Shown here piece by piece: positions 38,861 to 48,305 of a stretch of 58,301 nt of DNA. The translations under genes were made by a program, and so were the position numbers. Where the stretch lies: the NCBI GenBank assembly GCA_937901475.1, contig CALGTL010000030.1:1-58301 (forward strand), read 5' to 3'. The notes under the pieces are model-generated. The model saw nothing but the letters and a program-made list of their open reading frames with translations, ran no database searches and was not told the DNA's origin. Every line of letters starts with the position of its first letter. Within the stretch, counting starts at the first letter, position 1. This DNA comes from an uncultured Dehalococcoidia bacterium (GTDB taxonomy: Bacteria; Chloroflexota; Dehalococcoidia; Lucifugimonadales; Australimonadaceae).

Positions 38861-39796
38861 ATGTCTGGAGTGGCTTTCCTTAACGGACAATACGTTCCGC
38901 TTGAGGACGCGAAGGTCGGGATTATGACGCACGCACTTCACTACGGTACGGCGGCTTTCGAAGGCATTCGTGGTAATTGGAATGAAGGCGACGGCAAGAT
39001 GTATATGTTCAAGCTGCGTGAGCACTATGAACGTATGCTGCGGGGTTGCAAGATGCTCTGGATGGACCCTGGATATACTGTTGATGAATTGATCCAGATT
39101 ACAATCGAAGTGGTTGAACGCAGCGGTTTTCAGCAAGACCTCTACATCAGGCCCATGGCCTTTAAGTCCGAGGAAAAAGTTGCGAACCTCAACCTTCGCT
39201 CCCTTTCGGATGGATTCATGTGCTTGGCCGTTCCCTTCGGCAACTACATCGACTCTGATGGCGCGATTAGTTGCACCGTCGCATCGTACCGCCGTATAGA
39301 TGACACTATGATCCCGCCGCGCTTCAAGCTCAGCGGGCTCTACCTCAACTCAATTCTCGCTAAGACCGACGCTATCGCCATGGGCTTTGATGAAGCCATC
39401 CTGCTTAACATGGACGGTCACGTCTGTGAGGGCACGGGAGAGAATATCTTCTTCGTGGACGGGGACACTATTTCCACACCATCTCTTGAGAGCAACGTGT
39501 TGCCGGGCATCACCCGCGAAACTGTGATCGCGCTTGCTCGCGAAGAATTAGGCATGAGGATAGTTGAGCGGTCGGTGGACCGTAGCGAGCTCTACACCGC
39601 TGACGAAGTCTTTCTGACGGGCACTGCTGCCCACATTCAAGGCGTTGGGAGCGTTGACTATCGAAACGTTGGCGACGGCGGAATTGGGACCGTGACTCGC
39701 AAGCTTCAGGATTTATACTTCCCTATCGTTCGAGGGCAAAATCCTAAGTACATGGACCAACTTACGGTTGCCGCACCGAAAGTTACGACCTCGTAG
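38861..39796 (+). CDS. ilvE: branched-chain amino acid aminotransferase (fold-type IV)
   Basis: The sequence MSGVAFLNGQYVPLEDAKV...HALHYGTAAFEGIRG...GLYLNSILAK...EGTGENIFFV...LPGITR is the classic IlvE pattern. Confidence 0.9.
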   Translation: MSGVAFLNGQYVPLEDAKVGIMTHALHYGTAAFEGIRGNWNEGDGKMYMFKLREHYERMLRGCKMLWMDPGYTVDELIQITIEVVERSGFQQDLYIRPMAFKSEEKVANLNLRSLSDGFMCLAVPFGNYIDSDGAISCTVASYRRIDDTMIPPRFKLSGLYLNSILAKTDAIAMGFDEAILLNMDGHVCEGTGENIFFVDGDTISTPSLESNVLPGITRETVIALAREELGMRIVERSVDRSELYTADEVFLTGTAAHIQGVGSVDYRNVGDGGIGTVTRKLQDLYFPIVRGQNPKYMDQLTVAAPKVTTS

Positions 39797-39805
39797 TTAC
39801 TATTT

Positions 39806-40264
39806 ATGCAGTCTGCTTTCCTCATGGATTACATCTTCTGGGTGTTCATCAGCACTTTAGCGGTGGTTCAATTCGCCGCTGCTCGAAGCGGCATATGGGG
39901 CATGCTGTATGCGCGTGAATGGCCTAAGGTGACCCAGTGCTTCGCCCTTATGATTACAATCGTGGCCTTCGTCTGGTACTTCGTCACCGAAGATCGTAAT
40001 CAACCGGATACCGGCCTTGGCCTAGATGCTAACGTTCAGGCCTTCTGGTTTGCGGCCTCAGGCGCTGTTGCGGTGAGTGCAACGTTGATCATTACTAGCG
40101 TCATCAATCACCGGTGGGGTGGTGAGGGACATGGCTGGGACAACCTGTCGGGTGAAGCCCCTCCCACGGGTATCGCCTGGCTTTCGCAAACCACATTCTT
40201 CCACGCCATCCGAGCGCGCATTGCATACCTGCTTCAAGCGATGCCTAAGCAATCATCGCGCTGA
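39806..40264 (+). CDS. hypothetical small membrane protein (4 TM)
   Basis: 152-aa ORF with four hydrophobic helices. Its stop overlaps the start of the PAP2 gene (ATGA). Confidence 0.45.
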   Translation: MQSAFLMDYIFWVFISTLAVVQFAAARSGIWGMLYAREWPKVTQCFALMITIVAFVWYFVTEDRNQPDTGLGLDANVQAFWFAASGAVAVSATLIITSVINHRWGGEGHGWDNLSGEAPPTGIAWLSQTTFFHAIRARIAYLLQAMPKQSSR

Positions 40265-40845
40265 TGAATGAATTAGATCAATCACTGGTGCTCTGGGCCA
40301 ACGGTCTCGTCGGCCAGTCAAAGCTTCTGGACGGGTTCATGGAAGTACTTGTCAGCGACTACTTCACGCCGGTACTCAACAGCCTCGTGCTATTAGGCCT
40401 CTGGTTCAGCGGGGAAACAGATGCGAAGCGATATCAGAATCAACTTACCACGCTTATCGGCGGTATCGCGGTCGGCTTTTCTAACGCACAGGTGGCAATC
40501 ATCAACGCACTCGTGTTCCGTGATCGTCCCTTCGTTGGCCTAGATATTAACCTTCACTTCTACCCACCCACGGACTCCAGCTTCCCCGCCAACGCGGCCA
40601 GCGTTGCATTCGCTATGGCCACAGCCGTCTTCCTGCGCCATCGACGACTAGGTGGAGCGCTCTACACCCTCGCTGCCTTTTGGGGCATCGCTCGCGTCTA
40701 CTCGGGCGTTCACTACCCCTCGGATATCATTGGAGGGGCAGTTATCGGAGCCATCGCAGCGCTACTCGCCGCGAGCCTCGTCCGCTTCCTGGCCTTCATC
40801 CCTCGGAATGTCTTTAAGGTTTTCCGGGCGGTCTATATAGCTTGA
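40264..40845 (+). CDS. PAP2-family phosphatase (undecaprenyl-diphosphatase-like)
   Basis: Carries the PAP2 motifs RDRPF, SFPANAAS and ARVYSGVHYPSDIIGG. Confidence 0.8.
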   Translation: MNELDQSLVLWANGLVGQSKLLDGFMEVLVSDYFTPVLNSLVLLGLWFSGETDAKRYQNQLTTLIGGIAVGFSNAQVAIINALVFRDRPFVGLDINLHFYPPTDSSFPANAASVAFAMATAVFLRHRRLGGALYTLAAFWGIARVYSGVHYPSDIIGGAVIGAIAALLAASLVRFLAFIPRNVFKVFRAVYIA

Positions 40846-41234
40846 ACATCGCCTTCTGCGACGGCCTCCTGGTACAACCCCCATTACTCCAGCTGTGCGC
40901 ACTCGTTTAATCATAACTCTCGATTGCTGCCGCCTTACGGTTCAATTTCACTAAGGCGAAACCCTCGATCAGGCGACGACCTACAAGGATGAGACTGGAG
41001 ACACGGGGCATTTTTCGACTGTTGACTCCAACGAGAAGCATCTGGTTGAAGAATTTGAGGTTTGGCTTGATGGTTCATCCTTCGACAACAATGAATCACA
41101 GTAGCGACCATTGGAAGCGTACACCAGCAGATACCCCACTGGGACTGCTCCTGCGCGAGAGCCTGAAAACCCACCACAGAGCGGGCCCTTTTGCACTGTC
41201 GTTGCCCATTTACACCTGTAGAATCGCAAGCGAT

Positions 41235-42386
41235 ATGGACTTAGACCAGCCAGCCCTAGATCCAAGCGCGCAGAGAGAGACCGGCAAAGTCTTCGGCGAG
41301 AAGCAGAGCCGAGGAATACGCTCCTCTGGATCACGGCCACTAAAAGAGCGAGGAGGCAGTCGCCAGGCGGATTGGGAGAACGAAGACCTTCCAGAAACCT
41401 TCGAGAAATACGAAAAGCGATCGATTAGCCGCTCCGTTACGACTAACCTGAATACGCTGCCTATCGCTACTGTGATTGAAGCGCGTGGTCATGATTTTGT
41501 AGTTTCCTTCGCAGGGCAGATACGAATCGCGAAGCTTGCTTCACGCCTTATCACCTCAGGATCGCTGTCGCGAGTAGTCGCGGGCGACGACATCCGCGTG
41601 AGCGACTTTGCGGGGCGCTTGCTGCGAATCGACGGAGTTGAGCCGAGGCGCTCCGTTCTCGGTCGCTTGGTGGGGAAGACTGATGATCGCACCACATTCG
41701 ACCCGATCGCTGCGAATATCGATCTTGCCATACTGGTTTGCACTCCCATGTCTCCGCCGTTCCGTGCTGGCCTCATTGATCGATACTTCACCGCAGCGGC
41801 ATTGGAGGGTCTCCCCTTCGCGATTTGCCTGAACAAGACAGACCTAGGTGTTACCGCTGAAGTAGAAATAATGCTTGAAGGGTACAGTTCCATCGGCGTC
41901 ACTGTATTCATGACGAGCGCCAAGAGTAGCGAGGGTATCGACTTGCTGAAAAAGGGCCTAGAACGGAAGATCTCCCTCTTGACCGGTCATTCAGGAGTAG
42001 GGAAAAGCACGTTGCTAAACGCCATAGAGCCAGGTTTGAACCTCAAGACAGGCACAGTGACTGAAGCGCTTGCGGGTGATGGCAAGGGTCGACATACCAC
42101 CACCTCGGCTCGCCTTATCCCGCTATCTTCGCCTGGTACCTATGTAGTCGACTCCCCCGGTATACGCCAATTCGGCTTGGGCGCAATGTCGGCTGATGAC
42201 CTACTCGTTGGCTTCCCTGAGATTGTTGAGCAGGGACAGAATTGCCGCATACGTCACTGTCGGCATCAAGGTGAGACAGGTTGCAGCGTCGAGACTGAGC
42301 TAAGTAAAACTGCATTCGGAGCGCACAGGCTTTCCTCTTACCGTACTCTTTCAGGGTACGCACCAGCGGTCGCACCGCCCGACTAG
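41235..42386 (+). CDS. rsgA: ribosome small-subunit-dependent GTPase A with a charged N-terminal extension
   Basis: Shows the circularly permuted GTPase order CLNKTDL, then GHSGVGKSTLLN, then DSPG, and a C-terminal zinc knuckle (CRIRHCRHQGETGC). ATG 41235 is chosen as start; the track ORF begins at 40989. Confidence 0.85.
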   Translation: MDLDQPALDPSAQRETGKVFGEKQSRGIRSSGSRPLKERGGSRQADWENEDLPETFEKYEKRSISRSVTTNLNTLPIATVIEARGHDFVVSFAGQIRIAKLASRLITSGSLSRVVAGDDIRVSDFAGRLLRIDGVEPRRSVLGRLVGKTDDRTTFDPIAANIDLAILVCTPMSPPFRAGLIDRYFTAAALEGLPFAICLNKTDLGVTAEVEIMLEGYSSIGVTVFMTSAKSSEGIDLLKKGLERKISLLTGHSGVGKSTLLNAIEPGLNLKTGTVTEALAGDGKGRHTTTSARLIPLSSPGTYVVDSPGIRQFGLGAMSADDLLVGFPEIVEQGQNCRIRHCRHQGETGCSVETELSKTAFGAHRLSSYRTLSGYAPAVAPPD

Positions 42387-42449
42387 AGGTAGGTGCGTGT
42401 CGGGCGTGGTATGATTCATAAGTATCATTTTTTTATGGAGCATGAGGAC

Positions 42450-42797
42450 ATGGCAACAGCCCAGCAGCCTCTTTCGATTAGCATTAGCGAGAACGCCGCG
42501 AAACACGTCGGCACATTCATGTCCAGCGAAGGCAAGGCCGATGGGGTTCTGCGAGTCGCTATCAAAGGCGGAGGTTGTTCGGGCCTCACATACGTTCTCG
42601 ATTTTGTTGACAGCGCTCGTGAAGGTGACAAGATTATTGAACAGAACGGCGTGACGCTTGCCATAGACAAGAAGAGTTATATATTCCTCGCAGGGACCGA
42701 GCTGGACTACTCTGGTGGTCTCAATGGAAAGGGATTCATCTTCAACAACCCTAATGCAAAGAAAGCTTGCGGCTGCGGCACCTCGTTCTCCGTATAG
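42450..42797 (+). CDS. IscA/ErpA/HesB-type iron-sulfur cluster insertion protein
   Basis: Contains ISISENAAKHV, RVAIKGGGCSGLTY and the C-terminal CGCGTSFSV. The start is ATG 42450 or 42435. Confidence 0.85.
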   Translation: MATAQQPLSISISENAAKHVGTFMSSEGKADGVLRVAIKGGGCSGLTYVLDFVDSAREGDKIIEQNGVTLAIDKKSYIFLAGTELDYSGGLNGKGFIFNNPNAKKACGCGTSFSV

Positions 42798-42807
42798 CGC
42801 TCTCCTG

Positions 42808-43797
42808 ATGAGCGCGATTACCCCCGACCAAGCAAGCCTCGCTCCATTGCGAAGCGCATGCGGTTTCGCTGACTTTTCCTCCGCTGGTCGACTCTTTATC
42901 AGCGGCGAAGACTCTCTTGATCTTCTGAACCGACTGACTACAAACAAGCTTGAAGAGTTGCCTCAGGGGCAGAGCATCACCACTATTATCACCAACGCGG
43001 ATGGCCGGGTCGTGGATTTCGTTGCGCTTGCAGGTTTGGACGACGGCATTTGGTGTATCACTAGCCCTAGATACGCCCAGACTGTCGTGGATTGGTTGGA
43101 TAGCTATACCTTCGCCGAAGACATCACCGTCGTAGATTGGACCAGTGACACGTTCCAATTCACTGTCGCGGGGCCAACTGCACCCGCTGCGATAGCGAAA
43201 GCCGTTGGTCAAAGAAACCTAGCCATCAATAGCGCGTTGAGGATTGATATTGCCAGCGTATCTCTTGTCGTTTGGCACAGGCTCGCTGGAGGAGCAGAGG
43301 CTTTCGAGATTGTTGGGGATTTGGCAGACAGGGATACTGTCTTCGCGAGACTGGTTGAAGCAGGGGCTAAGCCGTCCTCAATAGAGGAATGGGAAAGGCA
43401 TCGTATTCTCAATGGAATGCCTGTCATAGACGCCGAGTTTGGGTTATTCAATAACCCCCTGGAAGCCCGATTGCTTGGATCAATCAGCGAAACCAAAGGC
43501 TGTTACACCGGCCAGGAAGTCCTCGCAAGGCTCATCACTTACAACAAGGTTCAGCGGCGCCTTATGACAGTCGACCTCGATTCTACCGTAGCTTTGGGGG
43601 CCAAGCTCATCGCCTCTGATGGCAAGAGCGCAGGCCATATAACTTCTGTCACGGAAACCCCTAGCGGGATTAAAGGGCTGGCCCTCGTCGCCACGCGACT
43701 CGCGATCGATGGCGTTGCACTGGCGATTGATCCCATCGGTAAGGCTACGCTCCATGAGCCGGCCTACGCCCTAGCCACAGAGCCATTTAGCGAATAA
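42808..43797 (+). CDS. YgfZ-like folate-binding protein (GcvT fold), Fe-S cluster maintenance
   Basis: Has a GcvT-like N-terminus (GRLFISGEDSLDLLNRLTTN) and the YgfZ signature KGCYTGQE. ATG 42808 lies 10 nt after the iscA-type stop. Confidence 0.75.
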   Translation: MSAITPDQASLAPLRSACGFADFSSAGRLFISGEDSLDLLNRLTTNKLEELPQGQSITTIITNADGRVVDFVALAGLDDGIWCITSPRYAQTVVDWLDSYTFAEDITVVDWTSDTFQFTVAGPTAPAAIAKAVGQRNLAINSALRIDIASVSLVVWHRLAGGAEAFEIVGDLADRDTVFARLVEAGAKPSSIEEWERHRILNGMPVIDAEFGLFNNPLEARLLGSISETKGCYTGQEVLARLITYNKVQRRLMTVDLDSTVALGAKLIASDGKSAGHITSVTETPSGIKGLALVATRLAIDGVALAIDPIGKATLHEPAYALATEPFSE

Positions 43798-43846
43798 CAG
43801 AAGGGCTTGCTTGAGTGATGCCTATGGGGTGATCAGCGATGGAGAG

Positions 43847-44584
43847 CTATTCTTTGCCCAGGTAGAAGTACTTAAAACTCTCGGCGTGCGCGAAGCCCGC
43901 TCGGCTGCCGATCAAAGCTGCGCCTTCTCGCACCCTAACGCCCGTTTGCTCAGGGTCGTGAACTTGGCTTGCGTGCGCGGCTAGCGCCTTCACTTTGGTT
44001 TCAATGGTATCGCTGATGTCGAAAATCACGTCAGCGTCTTCCGTGCGATCCCCCAAATAAAGATGCGGAACGATGTGTGGATCGAACCCTTCGGTTATTT
44101 TTAATTCTGGAAACATATGTACGTCGCGCGCCGAAGGGAAAACCGCATCCATCGTCGCGTCGCCCGTGGCTCGGTGATCAGGGTGATTTACGTAATTACC
44201 AGACCATCGTACCGTCGGATTTTGCGTGACTACAGCGGACGGTTTGTGCTTTCGGATAGCGCGAACAATGTCCTTGCGGAGTATAAGGTCGCTCTGAACG
44301 GTTCCATCTTCGTGGCGAAGGAACTCAATCGGACCAACACCAAGGATGTCACAGACGCTCCGCTGTTCAACTTCCCGCTGTGCGGCCAGCTCAGATGGCA
44401 CTATGTTCGGATCCTCGGAGCCCTTGTCACCACTGGTCACCAGCACGTAGACGACCTCTTTACCAGCCTTCGTCCATGCAGCAACGCTGCCTGACACCAT
44501 GAACTCTGCATCGTCCGGGTGCGCCACGATAACCATGATCTTGTCACCAGGGCCTTGGTGATTAGGTGGAACAGTGTTCATCAT
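43847..44584 (-). CDS. PIG-L/LmbE-family deacetylase, paralog of 7367..8083
   Basis: Carries IMVIVAHPDDAEF, VTSGDKGS, HPDH and AAHASQ, and is colinear with the first LmbE gene. Confidence 0.8.
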   Translation of the reverse strand: MMNTVPPNHQGPGDKIMVIVAHPDDAEFMVSGSVAAWTKAGKEVVYVLVTSGDKGSEDPNIVPSELAAQREVEQRSVCDILGVGPIEFLRHEDGTVQSDLILRKDIVRAIRKHKPSAVVTQNPTVRWSGNYVNHPDHRATGDATMDAVFPSARDVHMFPELKITEGFDPHIVPHLYLGDRTEDADVIFDISDTIETKVKALAAHASQVHDPEQTGVRVREGAALIGSRAGFAHAESFKYFYLGKE

Positions 44585-44646
44585 TCAGATTCTCCAGGTT
44601 CTTTTCATTCGAATTTTTGGACAGGGGCTATATGGCGAATTGGGAG

Positions 44647-45393
44647 TTAGAGAGCGAGCCCGCCATCGACGCTCAAAACCTGCCCTGTGACGTACGCGGC
44701 GTCTTCGCTGGCTAGGAACGCCACAGAAGCAGCCACCTCGCTAGGTACACCGAAGCGCGAGAGCGGGATACGTTCTTTAATCTGCCCGCGAAGCTCCTCG
44801 GCCAACTCCACTACCATGCGCGTCTCGATGAAACCTGGAGCAATCGCGTTCACCGTTATTCCTCGCGATGCCACTTCGCGCGCTACCGTCTTCGTGAAGC
44901 CAATTAGCCCAGCCTTTGCCGCCGTATAATTCGCTTGACCGGGATTACCCGTCAACGCCACAACTGACGATATGTTAACTATTCGGCCGGATCGCTGGCG
45001 CAGCATAGGGCGGATTGCCGCCTTCGTGCAGAGGAAAGCCCCTTTGAGATTCGTGTCCAACACCGCATCCCAGTCTTCTTCAGACATTCGCATTAGCAAA
45101 TTGTCGCGAGTGATGCCAGCGTTGTTTACTAGTATGTCTATCCTCCCCAGCTTTGCTACAGTCGCCTCTACCAGAGCTTCGGCGTCCTTAGCGTTCGTAA
45201 CGCTGCCTTGAAGTGCTACCGCATTGCTGCCCAGAGCCTTAGCTTCTTTTACTACGTCGAAGGCTTCAGTTTCGCCCGTGTTGTAGTTCACAGCAACCGC
45301 GGTGCCCTCAGCTGCTAGCCGCAAAGCAACCTCGCGACCGATTCCTCTGCTCCCGCCGGTTACCAGCGCGGCCTTGCCTGCTAATCCCCTCAT
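44647..45393 (-). CDS. fabG: 3-oxoacyl-[ACP] reductase
   Basis: 248 aa with TGGSRGIGR, NNAG and the catalytic motif Y-x3-K (YTAAKAG). It overlaps the plsX stop by 4 nt. Confidence 0.9.
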   Translation of the reverse strand: MRGLAGKAALVTGGSRGIGREVALRLAAEGTAVAVNYNTGETEAFDVVKEAKALGSNAVALQGSVTNAKDAEALVEATVAKLGRIDILVNNAGITRDNLLMRMSEEDWDAVLDTNLKGAFLCTKAAIRPMLRQRSGRIVNISSVVALTGNPGQANYTAAKAGLIGFTKTVAREVASRGITVNAIAPGFIETRMVVELAEELRGQIKERIPLSRFGVPSEVAASVAFLASEDAAYVTGQVLSVDGGLAL

Positions 45394-46406
45394 GCGTTTA
45401 CCTCACCATCGTCTCCCGAGACCCCTGCGCTCGCCTGGGCGGTAGCCAAGTCCTCTCGCATATGCTCCACTAGGTCAATTTCCATGCAATGCTTTGCCAA
45501 CGCCACCGACGCGGCGATGCCTTCGCCTCTCGTGCGTCCGTGACCGACAATGCCCAAGCCGTTAATGCCAAACAACGGCCCGCCTCCATGTTCTGCAGCC
45601 TCAGTCAAGCCGCTAATTGCTTTCACTGCCGGAGAATCTGCGCCAAGCGTTCCGGCCAAGTACCTAGCCGCTGCCTCAGCAAGCCCCTCTGTGAACTTCA
45701 GCAGCACGTTGCCAACGAAACCATCGCAGACGATTACATCAGCCTTGTCTTGGAATATCTCATGGCCCTCAATATTCCCCACAAAGTTCAAGCCACTTGC
45801 TTTGAACAAATCGAAAGCGTCTTGAACCTGTCTGTTGCCCTTCCCCTCTTCGGAGCCCACACTCAGCAATCCCACACGAGCGGTGTCGAACCCGAGGTAG
45901 AAGCGTTGGAAGCTCGCGCCCAAAGCCCCAAAATTCAGGAGTTGCGCTGGCTTGCAGTCGACATTCGCTCCTAGATCGATGATTGTCGTTTTAGGCGCGA
46001 GCCCGATGAACGGCCCACCCAGCGTAGGTCGCTCTAACCCCGGGAATTTGCCCAGCATGAAGACCGCGGCGGCCATGCTTGCGCCCGTAGATCCCATGCT
46101 GATGAAGGCATCAGCGATGTGCTCTTTCACGAGGCCAACGCTTATCGCGATGGATGATTTTGGCTTGGACCGGAGCGCCCTTGCCGGGTGCTCGCCCTCG
46201 ACGATAATGCCATCAGATGGTATGACTTTAATTCGCAGACCCTGTGTGTCCTCAGCTGCCAACGCCTGCTGCACCTCGGTCTCGTCGCCTACCAAGAGTA
46301 CGCTTACGTCGGTCGACCGGGCTGCGAGTACTGCACCTCGCACCGTTTCGGGGGGGCCGTAGTCGCCTCCCATCGCGTCGATTGCGATAGTTGGGGTATC
46401 GCTCAT
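45390..46406 (-). CDS. plsX: phosphate acyltransferase PlsX
   Basis: 338 aa with IAIDAMGGDYGP and GNIEG....ADVIVCDGFVGNV. Confidence 0.92.
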   Translation of the reverse strand: MSDTPTIAIDAMGGDYGPPETVRGAVLAARSTDVSVLLVGDETEVQQALAAEDTQGLRIKVIPSDGIIVEGEHPARALRSKPKSSIAISVGLVKEHIADAFISMGSTGASMAAAVFMLGKFPGLERPTLGGPFIGLAPKTTIIDLGANVDCKPAQLLNFGALGASFQRFYLGFDTARVGLLSVGSEEGKGNRQVQDAFDLFKASGLNFVGNIEGHEIFQDKADVIVCDGFVGNVLLKFTEGLAEAAARYLAGTLGADSPAVKAISGLTEAAEHGGGPLFGINGLGIVGHGRTRGEGIAASVALAKHCMEIDLVEHMREDLATAQASAGVSGDDGEVNA

Positions 46407-46457
46407 TTAGTCACTCTCTCCGTTCCAGGGATATAAAGCCGAGCTGTGGCCCGTAAT

Positions 46458-46847
46458 TCAAGACTTTATCGGAACCGTGGCCTCGGCGGTCAGGACATCG
46501 CTGCCATCCTGCTTACGTACCACGAGGTCGTACGTAGCCGTGGCATCTAAGGTCAATTTTAGCGTTCCTGTCGTAATCACGGTATCGCCTGGGTAAACAG
46601 GAGCCCGGAACTTCGCCTTCATTTTCCCTTCACACATCCATGCGCGACCAAAATTCTTGGCCATCGCCTCGGATACGAAAGCTAGCACTAACATGCCGTG
46701 GGCAATAGTCCGACCGTAGGGAGTCTTGGCAGCGAACGTTTGATCGAGGTGAAGCGGGTTGTGATCACCACTGGCGTTTGCGTACTTGGCCAATTGAGAC
46801 TGCGTCACCTTGTGAGTTACCTCAGTAAGCGCCTCTGGTGTTGGCAT
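46458..46847 (-). CDS. MaoC-type (R)-specific hydratase/dehydratase, catalytic hotdog subunit
   Basis: 129 aa with the hydratase-2 motif YANASGDHNPLHLDQTFA....GRTIAHG. Confidence 0.75.
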   Translation of the reverse strand: MPTPEALTEVTHKVTQSQLAKYANASGDHNPLHLDQTFAAKTPYGRTIAHGMLVLAFVSEAMAKNFGRAWMCEGKMKAKFRAPVYPGDTVITTGTLKLTLDATATYDLVVRKQDGSDVLTAEATVPIKS

Positions 46848-47245
46848 TATTTCTCGCTTTCTTCTGGGATGGCCAATGACACACGCCCAATCAGTGCTCG
46901 CTCACTTGCAACTTCGGCGAGAATCTCCAATGCCAAGAACCGGGTACCGCGCCGCAAGCTGTTCTGTACCACCTTCGCAGCGCAATTCACCTCTGACCCC
47001 ACGCCTATAGGCGCGTGGAAATTCAGTTCTTGTCCCGTGTGCACTGCCCCCGATGGCAGCTGTATCGCTTTCAAAGCTTCGCCCATAACTAAGGCAGCTA
47101 CCGCCATAGGAGGCGCGATGCCTTGAATGGCGTATGCATCGCTATGGTCATCAACCGCATCTAGATAACTATTGATTGCGTCGCTAGTTATAGTTATTCG
47201 CCGTGAAAACAATTCGTAGCCGGGCTCCAACGCAGCGAGATCCAT
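46847..47245 (-). CDS. hotdog-fold protein, MaoC-N/HadA-like non-catalytic partner
   Basis: 132 aa with a hotdog-like pattern but no D-x-N-P-x-H motif. Its TAA overlaps the ATG of the catalytic subunit (TAATG), implying translational coupling. Confidence 0.6.
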   Translation of the reverse strand: MDLAALEPGYELFSRRITITSDAINSYLDAVDDHSDAYAIQGIAPPMAVAALVMGEALKAIQLPSGAVHTGQELNFHAPIGVGSEVNCAAKVVQNSLRRGTRFLALEILAEVASERALIGRVSLAIPEESEK

Positions 47246-47794
47246 CCAGGCACCTTAATATTGTTGATTCGAGTATCGCAATTATAGCTCCGGCGACGCA
47301 TTGAGCGCGGAACGCTAGAAATAGAATGTGTGAGATATAACCTTGGCAAAGCAGACCATTCTCCAGGAATGGAATTGCGATACCGAGCTCAGGTGCAATC
47401 AGAAATTAAACAAAAAAAAGAGCAAGATGCCCAGGAGTCAACCTTTGCTGCAAGCGTATCTATTGAGTGCAGACAGTGGTTGGAGAATGCCTGCTGGGAC
47501 TCGGAATCAAAGAGCTGCTTCGACGTAAGGCCTTGCAAAGGAGGCGGTTTTCGAAACTTCCGCATCCAATCTGAATCCTGATCAATAATCAGCAACTGAT
47601 CAATGCGATAGCCTAACTATGATCTAAGTTATTAACGCCTCCTGAGCCAGGCCATTGCGCAAATATTTCAGTCAAGGAGGCAAACGTGCAAGGCTTTCAG
47701 GTGCGCCATTTGTCACGTGGACACCACCCGAACGATGAGCATTCAACGCAAGACGTGCGTAGAATGCAGCCAGACTCTAGTCGTGGAGTGGAAG

Positions 47795-48106
47795 ATGGAA
47801 CTGGAAGAATACCTCGCGATTCCGTACAAACTGATTATGGAGTCGTTCGAAGGGCCTGATGGCGACTGGCTGCGCCGCGCTTCCTACCCTGAGCTTCCCG
47901 GTTGCGATGTTGAAGGCCTCTGGGCGGTGGATGTCGTCGAAGCACTTGAAATACTTCGAATCGAACTCATCACCGAGCGTTTCAAACAGCACGAGTTTAT
48001 TCCCGTCCCTCGCCCCCCTCTGAGATCGCATGGACCGATTCTCGACATGAACAAGCTTGATTTCGCTAAGTACCTCGTTGCACAGGGCAAGATAAGCGAA
48101 GGGTAG
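47795..48106 (+). CDS. HicB-like (UPF0150) antitoxin-fold protein
   Basis: The sequence YKLIMESFEGPDGDWLRRASYPELPGCDVEGLWAVDVVEALEILRIELITERFKQHEFIPVPRPP follows the HicB N-domain pattern (PxLPGC..G.t.eEA......i......G..iP.P). ATG 47795 has a GGAG about 10 nt upstream; the track ORF starts at GTG 47717. Confidence 0.55.
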   Translation: MELEEYLAIPYKLIMESFEGPDGDWLRRASYPELPGCDVEGLWAVDVVEALEILRIELITERFKQHEFIPVPRPPLRSHGPILDMNKLDFAKYLVAQGKISEG

Positions 48107-48114
48107 AGACGTTA

Positions 48115-48297
48115 TTCAATCGAGATGCAACACCCCCTATCATTGATGAGGGTCACATATCCCTCTTGCGTCCACCCCGAATGATGGGCTCTACGGCCTT
48201 TGATTGCTAGGTTTTCATCAAGGGCGTCTTCATGGATAAGTTCCTTTTGGAGGACAAAATCTCTGAGCGGAAAACGTCGAAAAATTAAATTCTGTAC
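48115..48297 (-). pseudogene. possible HicA-like toxin remnant (61 open codons without a canonical start)
   Basis: Hand translation gives ...FVLQKELIHEDALDENLAIKGRRAHHSGWTQEGYVTLINDRGCCISIE*. It loosely follows the HicA pattern (KELIk.L...G.....kGSHH......G..vt.). The only start-like codon is a late GTG, and the frame lies tail-to-tail with the HicB-like gene. Confidence 0.2.
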
Positions 48298-48305
48298 TCA
48301 CAAAA

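Noticed and set aside
38597-39136. 179-aa minus-strand ORF spanning the rph-ilvE intergenic region and the ilvE 5' end
   Set aside because: It overlaps ilvE antisense and crosses a promoter region. It has no recognisable motif.
40989-41234. Upstream 82 codons of the track ORF for rsgA
   Set aside because: This segment has no resemblance to RsgA and an odd composition. ATG 41235 already gives an RsgA longer than usual.
42351-42947. 198-aa minus-strand ORF across the iscA-type and ygfZ-like genes
   Set aside because: It is antisense to two genes with clear family signatures (CGCGTSF, KGCYTGQE), so it is a shadow ORF.
47330-47595. Three mutually overlapping 61-83-aa ORFs (two plus-strand, one minus-strand) in the islet upstream of the HicB-like gene
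   Set aside because: They have no SD and no recognisable family, and they exclude one another. I treat them as non-coding unless transcript or profile evidence says otherwise.
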